From contig CM082581.2 in NCBI GenBank assembly GCA_040954595.2, forward strand, positions 2,100,699 to 2,164,698: a stretch of DNA of 64,000 bases, read 5' to 3'. Below the pieces are notes generated by a model. It saw nothing but the letters and a program-made list of their open reading frames with translations, searched no databases and was not told where the DNA came from. Of the stretch, positions 1 to 13,210 are shown one piece after another. This stretch comes from Balanoglossus misakiensis (lineage: Eukaryota > Animalia > Hemichordata). The translations under genes and the position numbers were made by a program. Position 1 is the first letter of the stretch. Each line of letters begins with the position of its first letter.

Positions 1-1797
1 CGTGGTACGGAAGGTCGATCGAGGGCGAGTTTGTTTATGTATTGCAACCTTCGGAGCGCCCGTATACGTGAACTTTCCCGAGAACGCAAACGAATTTTTA
101 CTCGTTGCGGATTTAATTTTGAAATTCAGGAAAACGGAATTTGAAAACAGGTAAAAAGCAACATGCTTTACTAAAAAAAAAACGGTTATCCATTCCACTT
201 TTTGTTGCATCCACTATAAACTAAACCTATCACAAGCAAGAAGTCATAGTTGTCCGGCCTGACATCAATTCTATTTTTTACGTCAATAAAGGTTTTCTGT
301 AAAGAGTATTGTGGATAGATGGTATGCATTTGCATACAGAGGATAAATGGACGCACTATGATGGGACACCACTGACTTACTTACCATGGGCGGACCACCA
401 GCCATACGGTAGCCCTTGGAGAACATGTATTCGAGCGGATTTGTAATTATTTATTTGTCTTCACCAAACCATGTTTCCCTAGCAGAATATTGGTGAATGT
501 AACACCATCACAATTAGACACTCTAACGCAATGTATCCACAGTAAACAGTTTCGTCTGGATAAGGTGTACTGCTATGTTAACTAGAAAATGTACAGTGAC
601 TGCGCGTCCGTGATCTGTTGTCTCCATCTATAAGTAGAGCACATATGTGCATCAAGTTGAGTAAGGATGTGTAGCTTAGGCCGACGATCATCTTATGCGC
701 ATGTGCGTACTTTCGTATGTACAAACAATACGTCCAACCCAAATGTTCTGCAAAGTTTGCCTTTGGCACATTCAAATAGTTGGCTGCATCCGCATCCTTT
801 CTTATTGCATGGGCGCCGAATATGAGACTTTAGATTTGTCCCTTCGTTTAATCCAATTTGTTGTCTGTTCCTGATCTCCAACACAGACTAGTCTCCGCCA
901 TCTTGTCTGTTGTTATAACAGCATACTGCCCGAGTCTCTAGTTTGGCTCATGCGCATAAGGCGTTCGTCGCCCTTTAATGAAGCCTAAGGAATGTGACAC
1001 AATTCAGATTCAGCTGATAACATGTTTTAATGATTTTTCCTGATAATCGTATTGAACAGAATTAGTAACGATTTTTTATTGTAATTTTTTAGAGCCACAA
1101 AATTGTACATTTTGGATGATTGTCTACTTTAACGAAGATTTGTCTGTCGATATGGTAGGTGTATATGTTAAACTTTATCAAATCGTTCAACAGTAAACCA
1201 GAGACTCCCATGCAAATTGGTTAAGCAATACTTTTTGTATGAAGTAAAGACGAATGGCGACCTTTTAGGATTTTGGTCGGGTTTCTAATGTGTGCAGTTT
1301 CATTGTATTGCAAAGTTGTGGCGTAATAATTGTACCATGTTTGTTAATATGTTGAACTCTAAATAGATGTAACTTGAGTCACGAACGGTTGCGACATGCA
1401 AGTACTGAAATGTCGCCATCTCAGGAAAGAACTGCATCGCCACTTCTTGTATTGGTTCTCTCTTGCGTGTCTAATAAAACCTTCGTCGCGAGAACGTTAC
1501 ATTATCCACATTACCGGCAGACAAAATAAGTGTAAACGTCCTCCAAAAATAAACGGGAAACCCGTTTTACTAAGAGGTGTATCCGATCTGCACCATCGAT
1601 TTATTGCAGTTTGAATGAATGATGTTACCAGAAATTGCAATATTCAGCGTGGCAGTTTCTTGTCAGATATGGACCTAACATGCTTCAATGAATCACTAAT
1701 ACAAGCCGAAGTAAACATGGCGCCCTTTTGTGACCCAACGCTTCTTTGAATACCACTTATCCTAAACCAGTTATATCTTGTGGGTTTTACATTACAG

Positions 1798-2969
1798 GTG
1801 AACCAGTGTCGAATACACCTGGGTATACAGACCATGTTAGCTCTGATGTTACTGACACCAGTTATTCAAAAATGTCAACAGATGTCACAGAAGATACTGG
1901 CGCTGATGCTAAATCTGAAACTAGAATGACTGAAACAGAATCCTCGTTAGAGTTAACCGTAATGCAGCGATACGAAACGACAGATAACGATGTTCTGACA
2001 AACATCCCTGATTACAAGGGCACTGAGAGCGTGTCTGGTTTCATCTTGAAGGAAACCCCTACTATAACGGCTACAACTGTAGTGCATGGGGGGATTTTGG
2101 CGCTATATAAACTTTGTTGCTTGATTGATTGATTGATGGGACTGAACCAGACGTTGAGGGAGACCACACTGATTCTGTCTCCATATCAACAGATACAATC
2201 GACGCCAGCATCTTCTCTCAACATACTGCATGTAAAGGTCCACTGTGCCAACATTTCCCAAGCATTAGTGTTGTCGATGGCTATTCGAAAGTGCCCCGCT
2301 GTAAGTATAGGCCCACTGTGCTTCACAATCACAATTGTAGAAACAAAACACAATCAAATAATATAAAATGAGACTGGGCGGCCTTAATATTTTTGAAACA
2401 CCTGCATGATATCACTTCTTTATTTTGCCAGAGGTCCGTGCATCTTTCTTTCATGGTTTTGTCTTCTGGCTGCATTTATGGTTGTCTGTGCTAGGCCACG
2501 CTGTGCTGCTGATGTTGTGTGTGTGTGTGTGTGTGTTTGTGTGGGTGTGTGTGTGTGTGTGTATGTGTGTGTGGTTTTTGATTGGCCATTTACCAGTCAA
2601 TGGTAAAATATATTTGCCTAGTGATTTTATTGAATATATAGATGGTTATGCTCGCAAATATATAATACTGTATTTTTTAAGTAACCTGAATGGATCCTGC
2701 CCACGTCACAAGTAACCCGAATGAATCCTGTCCACGCCTATAGCCCAAGGCCTCATATTCTGCACTTTAAGCTTTTTTGCTATCAATTTTTTTTCTTGAC
2801 AGGTGACGAACTCGGTAACAATGACAACACTTTCATGGTTCTAGTCCTAGGCTTTTTCGCTGCATATCTGGCTGTGCATATTGTGTTGATCCTCGGGATT
2901 TCGCGTTTTGTAAGAAACCTAGACCCTGCTCCGAAGTTGAAAAATGACAGAATACTGTTCTGGCTTTGA
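1798..2969 (+). CDS. Probable 3' exons of a host gene for a single-pass membrane protein with a Ser/Thr-rich stalk
   Basis: Acceptor ttttacattacag|GT at ~1797 opens a T/S/D/E-rich frame. Acceptor tttttcttgacag|GT at ~2802 opens GDELGNNDNTF-MVLVLGFFAAYLAVHIVLILGI-SRFVRN...WL* (hydrophobic helix plus short tail). AATAAA occurs downstream (~3094, ~3415). The donor of the first exon was not resolved. Confidence 0.45.
2516..2572. repeat. (GT)n microsatellite
   Basis: Imperfect tgtgtg run seen directly. Confidence 0.95.
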
Positions 2970-5575
2970 GCTTTATCCGTGTTATTGATTCAATGATCGA
3001 ATGCAAAATATTATTTATGATTGTTAGTTAGGTTTCTCTTACATTAAGCGCAACACTGTCGATTTATTACATTTAATAATTAAGATTAAGCTAAATAAAA
3101 AGGTCAGCATTTAAACCGTATTGGAATTGAATTGTAACTACATTTATTTTTGAACAAATGTGACACAGGTGTATTAATTATCGTAGGTTTCCAATGTATA
3201 GAGGACATATTCACTATGGACCTAGGTAGTTATTATGTGCACATGCGTATATTCAACTACTGGAGGATATCTTTTTGGACTTACTGTAATACCTGTGCTG
3301 TATTGTGTTGTGTTTGTCTGTACAATATGCCATATAAATGTGATAATTGATTGAATATATTTGGAATATGGATGGATATGATCGGAATTATTTGATTATG
3401 ATTAGTGTTATTTTAATAAACGTACATACTTTCTTTCGCTATCACTTATAACTTCGCATATGTGTTGTTGTTGTTTTTCCTGGAACGGAATTCGAAATAC
3501 CGCCCAAGGCAGTAGTTGATGGTTGTGAGGTAATTGCAATAGTTTTGTTTGTCCCGATCGCCATGTTCCAGTGGGGCGTACAAATTTCGGTCTGTCCTTC
3601 CTTCACATGCGGAGATGAATTTCATTCAAATCTTGCAACACAAATGTCTATAGTGCTGCAGGTGCTTAATTGGAAATGTGATAGCTTTTATTTTGGATTA
3701 GCAAATAACAAGACAGGTGGGGAAAATGCAGATCGGAACTCCCCCATTTATAACTTTAATGTTTGCAGCCCCCCTGTCATATCATCCAGTCATATTTTCA
3801 ACCCTTTGTACACGTTCGTACGCCGCACTGATTGGGAAGAAATGTGTTAACACACTATTTTTGGATCTGGTGGCTTTAATAGTGGAGTGATGGAAATTAT
3901 ATTGGTCAATTTCAAATAACATAACATGAAACTATATTTCCCCACCCTGGTATAAAACCCTCTTCAGGTTGGGAATGGCTTGCCACATTGCCAAATTTTC
4001 TTTCTGGGACGCAGGTGAGCAGTTGAGCACTTAGATTGATGTATGTAAATTTGGCACTAAAATAACAACCGGTAATTCTTGAATTATTAAAACTGGATTA
4101 TAATTACATTATGATACTTTTATTTTAATACCTATCTGAAATCACATTACAAGTATAATAAATAACTTTTGCATTACAATTTACATAAACTGCCTACCGA
4201 TCTCTACTATTGTGAATCAAGACAATGTCAATGACCCTAATACACACTTCACACTACTACACATTTTATACTGATTCAGGGATCCTCTGCTATCTGACAT
4301 TCAACAGGCTTCTAGTCTAAAAATATTCAACCAATAGAATTTGAGCTTTCTTTTTACAGCACACTCATTATCATACCAATGGCCATCTGTGCGTCCACAT
4401 TGATTAGGTATTATTGGCGGTCCAAACATATTACAGTCTTCCCCCCCCCCCCCGCCTCTTCCAACTCAGTTGTAAGATTATCGACTGTGTACATTTAAAT
4501 TAACCAATGATAAAACATGTCCAATTTTGTCTCTGCCATACACTGTTGAGGAGAAATGTTTGATAGCTGATCGTTATTTTTGCCTGCACCTGTACTTTCA
4601 AACATTCTTGACTCGGACAGGACATGCGGCTGTACAACATTAAAGAGACAAAGTCTCTCTCTCGCTGCCCTTTTCTATTAATTATGTTTGATACAAGACA
4701 TGGATTACATTCTACATGTGGACATATAGTGAATCAACATTCGCCACACACAACTTCCATCCCATTTGTAGACACCAGAGTGAAAAATCTTGCCAAAATG
4801 AATAATTGGTGTTAATTTTTTTTTCGGCCAGATTTTTACTCTCATGTAAACAAACAGGATGGAAATTGTTTACAGTTAATTAATGGTGACGTCAAAACAT
4901 AGAGGGCGTCCATGGTAACTATACACTCTTTCCAATATTTATTGTTGGCTGGTTTTACTGTCAATCATGACAAAGTGCTCCCCAAAAAGCCTCAAGAACT
5001 GCCACTGTTTACATTATGTTCATTACTTTATTATCCCACTTTAAATAGATTGGTACATACTATAAGGCAAACATGAACATCTCATCGACGCACAATTATG
5101 GCTGTATTTTGCAAATTATTCACATTATATATTTAATGTGTGCCGCACCCATTTCATCAGCCTCCATACAAACAGTACACTGCAGCTAACGTGGTAAGTG
5201 TCTCCAATAGAAGACAAACTGATGCAAATACAAGTTATATGACTTAATGCTGGGGATTTTAAATGATATTTGAAGTATTTTATTGTGGAAAAAAACGGGA
5301 GAAATTTGACAGCTCTGGAGGCTTCAAACGATGTGTATATAGGAAATGTTCATCATTATCGGGAACTGAATTATATTAAAATGAAAATGCTTATTGTGGA
5401 TTTTCTAGCTGAGCAATTTTAAACTTAGAATTAAGACCACTTATACTTAAAACCCATCTTTTTATGAAAGCATTTATACACTAATTCTTTTACACTTTTT
5501 ACAACTTTTATATACCTTTTTAGCGTTTTTATGTCGAATTTTTTAGCTTGTATTTTTAGTGTACTTTTCATCATG

Positions 5576-5644
5576 TAGTAAAGCGCATTGAGATTATAGT
5601 CCATTATGTAATGCGCTATATAAGAAATAATAATTATTATTATT
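5576..5644 (+). mobile_element. 3' tail of an L2/CR1-type LINE or SINE
   Basis: gtaaagcgcattgag...aatgcgctatataagaa followed by an (ATT)n-like tail, the typical stem-loop plus microsatellite end. Confidence 0.5.
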
Positions 5645-5769
5645 TTCATTATTTAGTAAAAACAACAGAAACATAATTAACTCAGGATTTGTTTTTCCTG
5701 CTTTTGTTAAATACTTCACAGAGAGCAATATTATCTAGGCGTTTTTATTAATGGTGTAATCGACTGAGG

Positions 5770-8748
5770 TGAAATTTCCGACTTTTCGAGTACACATCGT
5801 GATGGCGAAGGGTTCAGGAAGGCTAACCTTTTACCTGAAGGTGTCAACTGATGTTGGTTCGAGACCATTTTTTTTTCTATTTTTTTTTTGAGAACTTTAA
5901 ACGACATTACCATTGTAATTTTTATCATTTTCATAAATCCAATTCATTTCAATATCTACGCTGCGTGTTTTATCTGTCGGGTATAAGAAACATGCAGGGA
6001 AACTTGGTCATTTTTTGTCGCGGTTCACTTGGGCATGTCTGAATACGGAGTGCTCAGCAGAGAGAAAGATAAACTAGCTAAAACCGTGTCTTTCCGTCCG
6101 CATGACCAACCAAGGAGCGAAAACGTCGTTATTTAGGCCGTAATAAAACGTTTTTGTCCCCGAGGAGTGAATAAAGAACGGTCAGACCGTTGCGGGGTAG
6201 GGAACTCTTCTTCGCACCGCTGCGGTGCAGGGAACTCGTATTGCCCGCTGCAGTGCAAATAAGATCATTGGAGTTAAGCAATAAAGTGCGGAAAAATTCC
6301 GACTTTTTCGAGTACACATCGTGATGGCGAAGGGTTGAGGAAGGCTAGCCTTTTTACCTGAACGAGTCAACTGATGTTGGTTCGAGACCACTTTTTTTTC
6401 TATTTTTTGTTGAGAGAACTTTTAACGACATTGCAGTTGTAATTTTTATCATTTTCATAAATCCAATTCATTTCAATATCTACGCTGCGTTTTTTATCTG
6501 TCGGGTATAAGAAACATGCAGGGAAACTTGGTCATTTTTTGTCGCGGTTCACTTGGGCAAGTCTGAATACGGAGTACTCAGTAGAGAGAAAAATAAACTC
6601 GCTAAAACCGTGTCTTTCCGTCCGCATGACCAATCAAGGAGCGAAAAAGTCGTTATTTAGGCCGTAATAAAACGTTTTTGTCCCCGAGGAGTGAATAAAG
6701 AACGGTCAGATCGTTGCGGGGTAGGGAACTCTTCTTCGCACCGCTGCGGTGCAGGTAACTCGTATTTGCACCGCTGCGGTGCAAATAAGATCATTGGAGT
6801 TATGCTGCAATATAGTGCGGAAAATTTCCGACTTTTTCGAGTACACATCGTGATGTCGAATAGTTCAGGAAGGCTAGCCTTTTACCTGAAGGTGTCAACT
6901 GATGTTGGTTCGAGACCACATTTTTTTTCTATTTCTTTTTTTGTGTGAAAATTTTTAACGACATTATCAGTGTAATTTACGTCATTTTCATAAAGCCAAT
7001 TCATTGCAATATCAACGCTGCGTTTTTTATCTGTCGGGTATAAGAAACATGCAGGGAAACATGGTCATATTTTTGTCGTGGTTCACTTGGGCAAGTCTGA
7101 ATACGGAGTGTTCTGGAGAGAGAAAGATAAACTCGCTAAAACCCTTTTTTTCCGTCCGCATGACCAACCAAGGAGCGAAAAAGTCGTTATTTAGGCCGTA
7201 ATAAAACGTTTTTTCGCCGAGGAGTGAATAAAGAACGGTCAGATCGTTGCGGTGCAGAGAACTCTTATTTGCACCGCTGCGGTGCAAATCAGATCATTGG
7301 AGTTATGCTGCAATATAGTGCGGAAAATTTCCGACTTTTTCGAGTACACATCGTGATGGCGAATGGTTCAGGAAGGCTAGCCTTTTACCTGAAGGTGTCA
7401 ACTGATGTCCGTTCGTGACCACTTTTTTTCTTTTTTTTTTGTGAGAACTTTTAACGACATTACCATTGTAATTTTTATCATTTTCATAAATCCAATTCAT
7501 TTCAATATCTACGCTGCGTTTTTTATCTGTCGCGTACAAGAAACATGCAGGGAAACTTGGTCATTTTTGTCGTGGTTCACTTGGGCAAGTCTGAATACGG
7601 AGTGCTCAGCAGAGAGAAAAATAAACTCGCTAAAACCGTGTCTTTCCGTCCGCATGACCAACCAAGGAGCGAAAAAGTCGTTATTTAGGCCGTAATAAAA
7701 CATTTTTGTCGCCGAGGAGTGAATAAAGAACGGTCAGATCGTTGCGGGGTAGGAAACTCTTATTCGCACCGCTGTGGTGCAGGGAACTCGTATATGCATC
7801 GCTGCGGTGCAAATAAGATCATTGGAGTAATGCTGCAATATAGTGCGGAAAATTTCCAACTTTTTCGAGTACACATCGTGATGGCGAATGGTTTCAGGAA
7901 GGCTAGCCTTTTAGGCTGCATTCACAAACACCTCTGGAGGGGGGGGCAGGAGAATTGAGGGGGGGGGGTTTGAAAAAATTGAGGGTATGTGAGGGGGGGG
8001 ATTTGAAATAATTTAGGGACTGAAAGGGGGGGACTTAAAAACTTTAACGACTAAATATTTAATTTGAGTCCACAAAAGTTTCTCATGTGGGAGGGGGACA
8101 CCCCCTCCCACACCCACCCCCTCCATTCATCAACACATTTCAATCATTGACTGGTTTATCTAGTGTCCCAGGTCAGGGGACTTGCCCCACCCCATGATAA
8201 CTTTGAGCGCCGACGGTTAAATTTGTCCTCCCCAACATACCGGTAGTTGAGTTAATTTGCTTTTGCCGGGTTCATTAAAATGCAGCTTTGAGCTCTGTAT
8301 TTTAGAAAATTTTCTTACGTGGGAGGGGGACCCCGCCTCCCAAACCCACCCCCTTCAATTCTCGGTTTACGAAGTCTCCCAACACAGAATACAAATATAT
8401 GTACTTACAAAATAAAAACAATGTTCAGTTTTAATACCCACTGATGAGGGGAAACATCAGTTTCAAATTCTTTTCATGGGAGCGCTGTTTTTCTTTTTAC
8501 AAGATAGATAGGTGATGTGTTTTGCTCTGTGAAAGACAATGGGGGGGATTTCAAAATTTTGGCAGTTCGGAAGGGGGGATTTGAAAATATTGGCAGTTCG
8601 GAAGGGGGGCATGTGAAAATTAGCGGAAAAAAAAATTGAATTCTCCCGCCCCCCCCCCTCCAGAGGTGTTTGTGAATGCAGCCTTACCTGAAGGTGTCAA
8701 CTGATCTTGGTTCGAGACCACTTTTTTTCAATTTTTTGTGTGTGAGAA
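5770..8748. repeat. Tandem repeat, unit ~500-530 bp, four full copies plus a partial fifth
   Basis: The marker ttttcgagtacacatcgtgatg recurs at ~5783, 6305, 6835, 7337 and 7862. The fifth unit resumes after the MITE (cctgaaggtgtcaactgat at 8687) and ends at the Gypsy integrase junction. Confidence 0.95.
7914..8683. mobile_element. Non-autonomous DNA transposon (MITE), TTA TSD, Zator- or Harbinger-type
   Basis: TIRs ggctgcattcacaaacacctctggaggggggg / ccccccctccagaggtgtttgtgaatgcagcc. TTA at 7911-7913 and 8684-8686. The empty site ggctagccttttacctgaagg is visible in the sister repeat units. Confidence 0.93.
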
Positions 8749-8751
8749 CAA

Positions 8752-9548
8752 CACACCCTACTCATGCTAAGTTGTTACCAATTCCAGTTTCAGGACCCTG
8801 GGACCGACTGGGTATGGATATTGTGGGACCCCTCCCTAGAACTTATGATGGTCATAAATACATCTTAGTACTTACTCATTACTTTACTTCTTAGTACTTA
8901 CTCATTACTTTACAAAGTTTTCATTAGCATATCCATTACGTAATGCACGAGCTGAGACAGTTGCTAAGATCTTGTTTGATGAAGTAATTGCTACTTATGG
9001 AAGCCCCAGAGTTTTGCTGAGTAATGAGGGATCGATTTTTTTTATCCCAGGTAGTTCACGAAACCTGCAAATATTTCAACATTCTGAGTAAAGTTTCTAC
9101 CCCTTATCGTCCACAGACCAATGGCCTTACAGAACGTTTCAATGGTTGCCTAGTCGACATGCTGTCCATGTTTGTCGATAATAAACAGAAAGATTGGTAT
9201 CGGTACCTAAGTTCAGTGCTTTTCGCGTATAGAGTTAGTCCTCAAGAGTCCAGTGGGTTCAGCCCGTATTATGTGTTATAAGGTCGGCATCCCACATTGC
9301 CCATGGATGTTGAATTCCAGCCAGTTGAGGGGAGGACAAGAAATATAGATACACACCTTAAACATTTAGCTGCTAAGAGGGAGATAGCTCATAAAATCGC
9401 CAAAGAGAATACAGATCGATATCAACAGAATATGAAGGACCGTTATGATAAAAATATCCAACGGTCGCAAAATCTTAAAGTGGGGGATCCTGTATATTTA
9501 TACACACCTCCTGTTAAACCAGCAGTTAATAAGAAATTCGTACATAAG
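8752..9548 (+). pseudogene. Gypsy (Ty3) integrase fragment, duplicate of ~13394-14158
   Basis: PWDRLGMDIVGPLP and STPYRPQTNGLTERFN motifs. Contains frameshifts and stops. Near-identical to the 13.4-14.1 kb copy. Confidence 0.92.
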
Positions 9549-9776
9549 TGCAGTTGTTTTCAGCGTACTATGCAACACGTGTTACGCAATATTATGTGGC
9601 AATATGTGCTTTGTTATATTGATGATATTATTATATTAAGCAGCTCTTTTGAGGAGCATCTACAACACATTGATACCGTCCAAACCAGGTTACGTCAAGC
9701 TGGATTGAAATTAAAACCCAGCAAATGTCAATTTATGAGAAAGAGTGTTAAATTTTGGGGTCATGTTATCAGTAAG

Positions 9777-11673
9777 CAGTAGGACAAACCTCCAAATTTA
9801 GCGACTTGCGTATGCGCAACTAATTAGCTACTTAGTGTTTAGCTCCAACGCGCATGTGCGATATGACGTGATTGCCGGAAGCTGAACAAAGGTCACGTCA
9901 TCTGACCCAGGTTATGTTATGGAACATCACATGGCGGTCGACGGTCTATCTTCTGTTGCGTGGATAATCGACCCAGTCTTTAATCCCGGGCAGGATAATG
10001 GAGCAACCATCAACGGTAATACATTTTCATGATAATTTGAATTGGTCGTAGTGTGTTTAGAACATGCATTGATTGTGTTTTTTGTATTATCTGGAAGAAA
10101 TGGAGTGCCATCGAAATGAAATGCCAGTGTGTACATACACTGTGTTCGCGGAACTTTGACATGCGAACACCATACCGTCAATAGGAGCAACTTTTCACAC
10201 GTTTCTAAGTCCGGTTGAATAGCATTACACACATTTTTCGCCATAGTTATAGCCTGAAATACCTGGGTGTACGTTGATAAACAAAGCATGTGATCAGATA
10301 ATTACCATGACCATGTCAGCATCGTCCAGTGAGCAAAGTTGTTTGTCCGCATCATCATATACTAGTATTTGAACATAATAACCTTGTTGACGCTGTTCAC
10401 ATATTTATATTTACACCTTATTATTTACTGCATGTGTGTCAAGCGCATTAACAACGTCTTTACACTTTTCACCTTCAGTCAAATGAAAAGACACCAGACA
10501 GGAATAGTGAAGTGGGGAATAAGAAGACTTACGGCAAGAAGAAGTTAAAGATAGAATATTTAGTGAACAGCGACGCCGTCTAAATTATGCTAGCAAACAC
10601 ATTTACATGAGTAGAATCAATGATGGGGGAAGGGGGCTGATCAAAAATGAATCAAGAGACCATATTTTTTATTAAAAGTTGAAATATTTATTCATGTTTA
10701 TACACACTTATTTGTTTGTTTGTTGCCAGGTTTTAAGAAATAAAGATTTAAATATATTCATTTCTGTACATCATGTGTTTGTGTAATTTATTGAGAACAA
10801 TGGAATTCAGAAAGGGCTTCATAGTCTCTGTGTAATGTAAATAGCAACTGAACCACACATTACTAACATGAAATGAAACTAGAAATGCAGTTGACAGAAG
10901 GCTACCATCATAGTACTGTTTTAAATCATAACATCTCACTTGAGGAGGTAACCAAAGTTGTTAATCACTCCAAACTTAGGAAAACTGTAGGAAGTGATAA
11001 ATTACCATATCAGGTTTTCAAAAATCACGTTGATAACTTGGCCACTAGGACCACGTGTAGTTGGACCTGTTGGGGAAGAAAGAGGCACGGTTCAGAAAGC
11101 AACGTCACCTACCCGATCCTTTCAAAACATTGGAAAACAAGTTCAATTGAAATAGGTACATGCATGTACCTATACCCGTACACGTGAAAACGCGCTTTGA
11201 CAAATCTAGCACACCGGAAGTGAGCAAACCATTCGCAAAAACGGTCCTCCATTGTCCCCCATTAGATAATCTGCTGTTTGAAGACATTGTTTCATTCAAC
11301 ATGACTTAAACTAGGTATAGAAGGTTCAGATCGATGGTTTTTAAACTGGTACGTTCTATTGCTTGTTATGTCGATTCGAATCATGGCGGGCAAATGGTCA
11401 CACGGACATCGATTTTCATGAAATTCGACTGAATTTTTTTACTTACCCTGTTTACACGACACCATGCTGGAAGGGAGGGTGTGACGTACAAGTTCAAACC
11501 GAAATTACCCGAAAGTCGATGTACATCAAAAGCAGGCCGATAACATCCAAGAGCGAACTTCGACAAATACTGCCGCATTTCCATGCCAGGGACGTCAGTA
11601 TATGCAAATACAGGGTGTGAGCATGCGCAGACATATTGTAGGCAGTCGCTAAATTTGGAGGTTTGTCCTACTG
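9777..11673. mobile_element. Unclassified non-autonomous TIR element, 30 bp perfect TIR, 5-bp TSD (GTAAG)
   Basis: TIR cagtaggacaaacctccaaatttagcgact at both ends. GTAAG at 9772-9776 and 11674-11678. Removing the element and one TSD restores the RT frame V-I-S-K-D-G-I. Confidence 0.92.
10870..11030 (+). pseudogene. Short CR1-like LINE RT N-terminal fragment inside the TIR element
   Basis: LNHNISLEEVTKVVNHSKLRKTVGSDKLPYQVFKN resembles the I...EV...K..KA.G.D.I....LK motif at the start of LINE RT. Confidence 0.55.
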
Positions 11674-11929
11674 GTAAGGATGGAATTGCGGCTGACAAGA
11701 GTAAAGTAACAGTTGTTAAAGAATATCCCCGTCCTCATACTGTCACACAGTTGAAATAATTTTTGGGTTGGCCCAATTATTTTAGAAAGTTTATAAAGAA
11801 TTTCTCGATCATTGCTAGGCCTATACATAAATTGTTGGGAAAGGACACGAAATTTGAATGAGATGATAGATGCGAACATGCATTCGAGAAATTAAAACAT
11901 GTTCTGTGTCAAGCACCAATTCTAGGGTA

Positions 11930-12997
11930 TCATTTTCATAATTTGTGGTTTCTGGGACACCGTTTTCTTCACACGACTCATCAGATGAGGATGAGTCAAA
12001 GTCGGAGTGGTGCAAATAAGCTCTTTTTAGTCTATTCACATGTATGACTTTGCGATAATTCCTGGTGCTATATATGAAACGTAACTTGTAATTAACAGGA
12101 CCCACCTTCACAGAAATAATGTAAGGACCTGTCCATGGGACTATTTCGCAACCCCTGGGCAAGTCTCCTGTATTGATATAAACCTTGATGTGTGACAAAG
12201 GCTGTTTTTGGTGTACTCTCTTCATCTAATTCCAATTGAAAAAATCCTGACTGTAAGTCTAGCGTCGAAAAATACTGAGGCTTATTCTTGCCTAACATTT
12301 CAAGATATTCGTCCGTTCTGGGTAAGGGAAACGAATCAGGCACTGTAATATTTTTTAAATGACGGAAATCTGTGCAAAAACGCCACGAACCATCAGGCTT
12401 TTTGACTAAAATTATTGGACTAGCAATCGGTGAAGTAGACGACTCGATAATATTTAGTTCTAACAGCTGATCAACTTGTCGCTCAAGTTCACGTCTTTTC
12501 TCAAGCGTTACTCGGTAAGGTCGACGGAACGGGGCAGCGCCCTCTTGTAATCGTATTCTATGTTTGATTACATCACAGTTACCTAAACGACCACTAGACT
12601 CAACAAAAGCTTCTATATTGTGCAGTAAAACATCTCTAAGCTGTTTACGCTGAGCCTTAGTTATCTCTAATTCATTAAGCTTCAATTGACCCATCAAATA
12701 ATCCGTCTCTTTCTGTGTATGGGGCCCTTCAGGTGAGACACAATTAATGGCATTATTATCGAGTGGGATTATTCGACTATTACAGGGCAAGGGCGAAAAC
12801 TTTCCAACAACACTGTTTTTCTTAATTTTGACCACTGTATCCAAAGTGTTTACAACTCGCATGGGAAGAAAATTCTTATCCGAATAGGCCAACACCTTAG
12901 CTGCCAAAATAGCCGGCGTTAATCGTGTTCGTTTATCAGAAATAAAATCTAAAACTCCAGTAAAATATTTATACGGCACTTTCACTGGAATAACCAT
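11930..12997 (-). pseudogene. Inverted Gypsy pol piece: RT N-terminal half fused directly to the integrase C-terminal (GPY/F) region
   Basis: SPIILVKKPDGSWRFCTDFR, YFSTLDLQSGFFQ, TAFVTHQGLYQY...GLRNSP, then WTGPYIISVKVGPVNYKL...IHVNRLKR. Confidence 0.92.
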
Positions 12998-13008
12998 TTC
13001 ACTTCCAG

Positions 13009-13152
13009 GTGATCCATGGAGACACGTACCTGATCCACGTTCATTTATTATCCCTAATTATTATAGTACATCAAATACGCCTAGTAAAGTACATGAGGAA
13101 GGGAACGAACTCAGTAGCCTGAGGTACTCCCATCTCCCGTTAGATTATTCTC
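13009..13152 (-). mobile_element. Inverted partial LTR copy
   Basis: Reverse-complement match to ~15540-15682 (gtgatccatggagacacgt...tagattattctc). Confidence 0.85.
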
Positions 13153-13210
13153 TTCCATCTTTGGAAACAAGGGGAAATCAGATGGTTAATTAGATTGTGT
13201 TAGACAGGTT

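Larger units (their letters stand above)
9549..11930 (+). pseudogene. Gypsy RT core and thumb/connection fragment, split by the 9777-11673 insertion
   Basis: FQRTMQHVL...CYIDDIII...LKLKPSKCQF...GHVISK continues after the insertion as DGIAADKSKV...YFRKFIKNFSIIARPI...KLKHVLCQAPILG, with stops. Confidence 0.9.

Noticed and set aside
380-1132. Kolobok-like end (ctact|ttaa at ~1128) and a broken minus-strand frame starting near 901
   Set aside because: No partner terminus in the window and no recognisable domain.
5731-7958. Repeated short ORFs on both strands
   Set aside because: By-products of the tandem repeat. Frames are not conserved between units.
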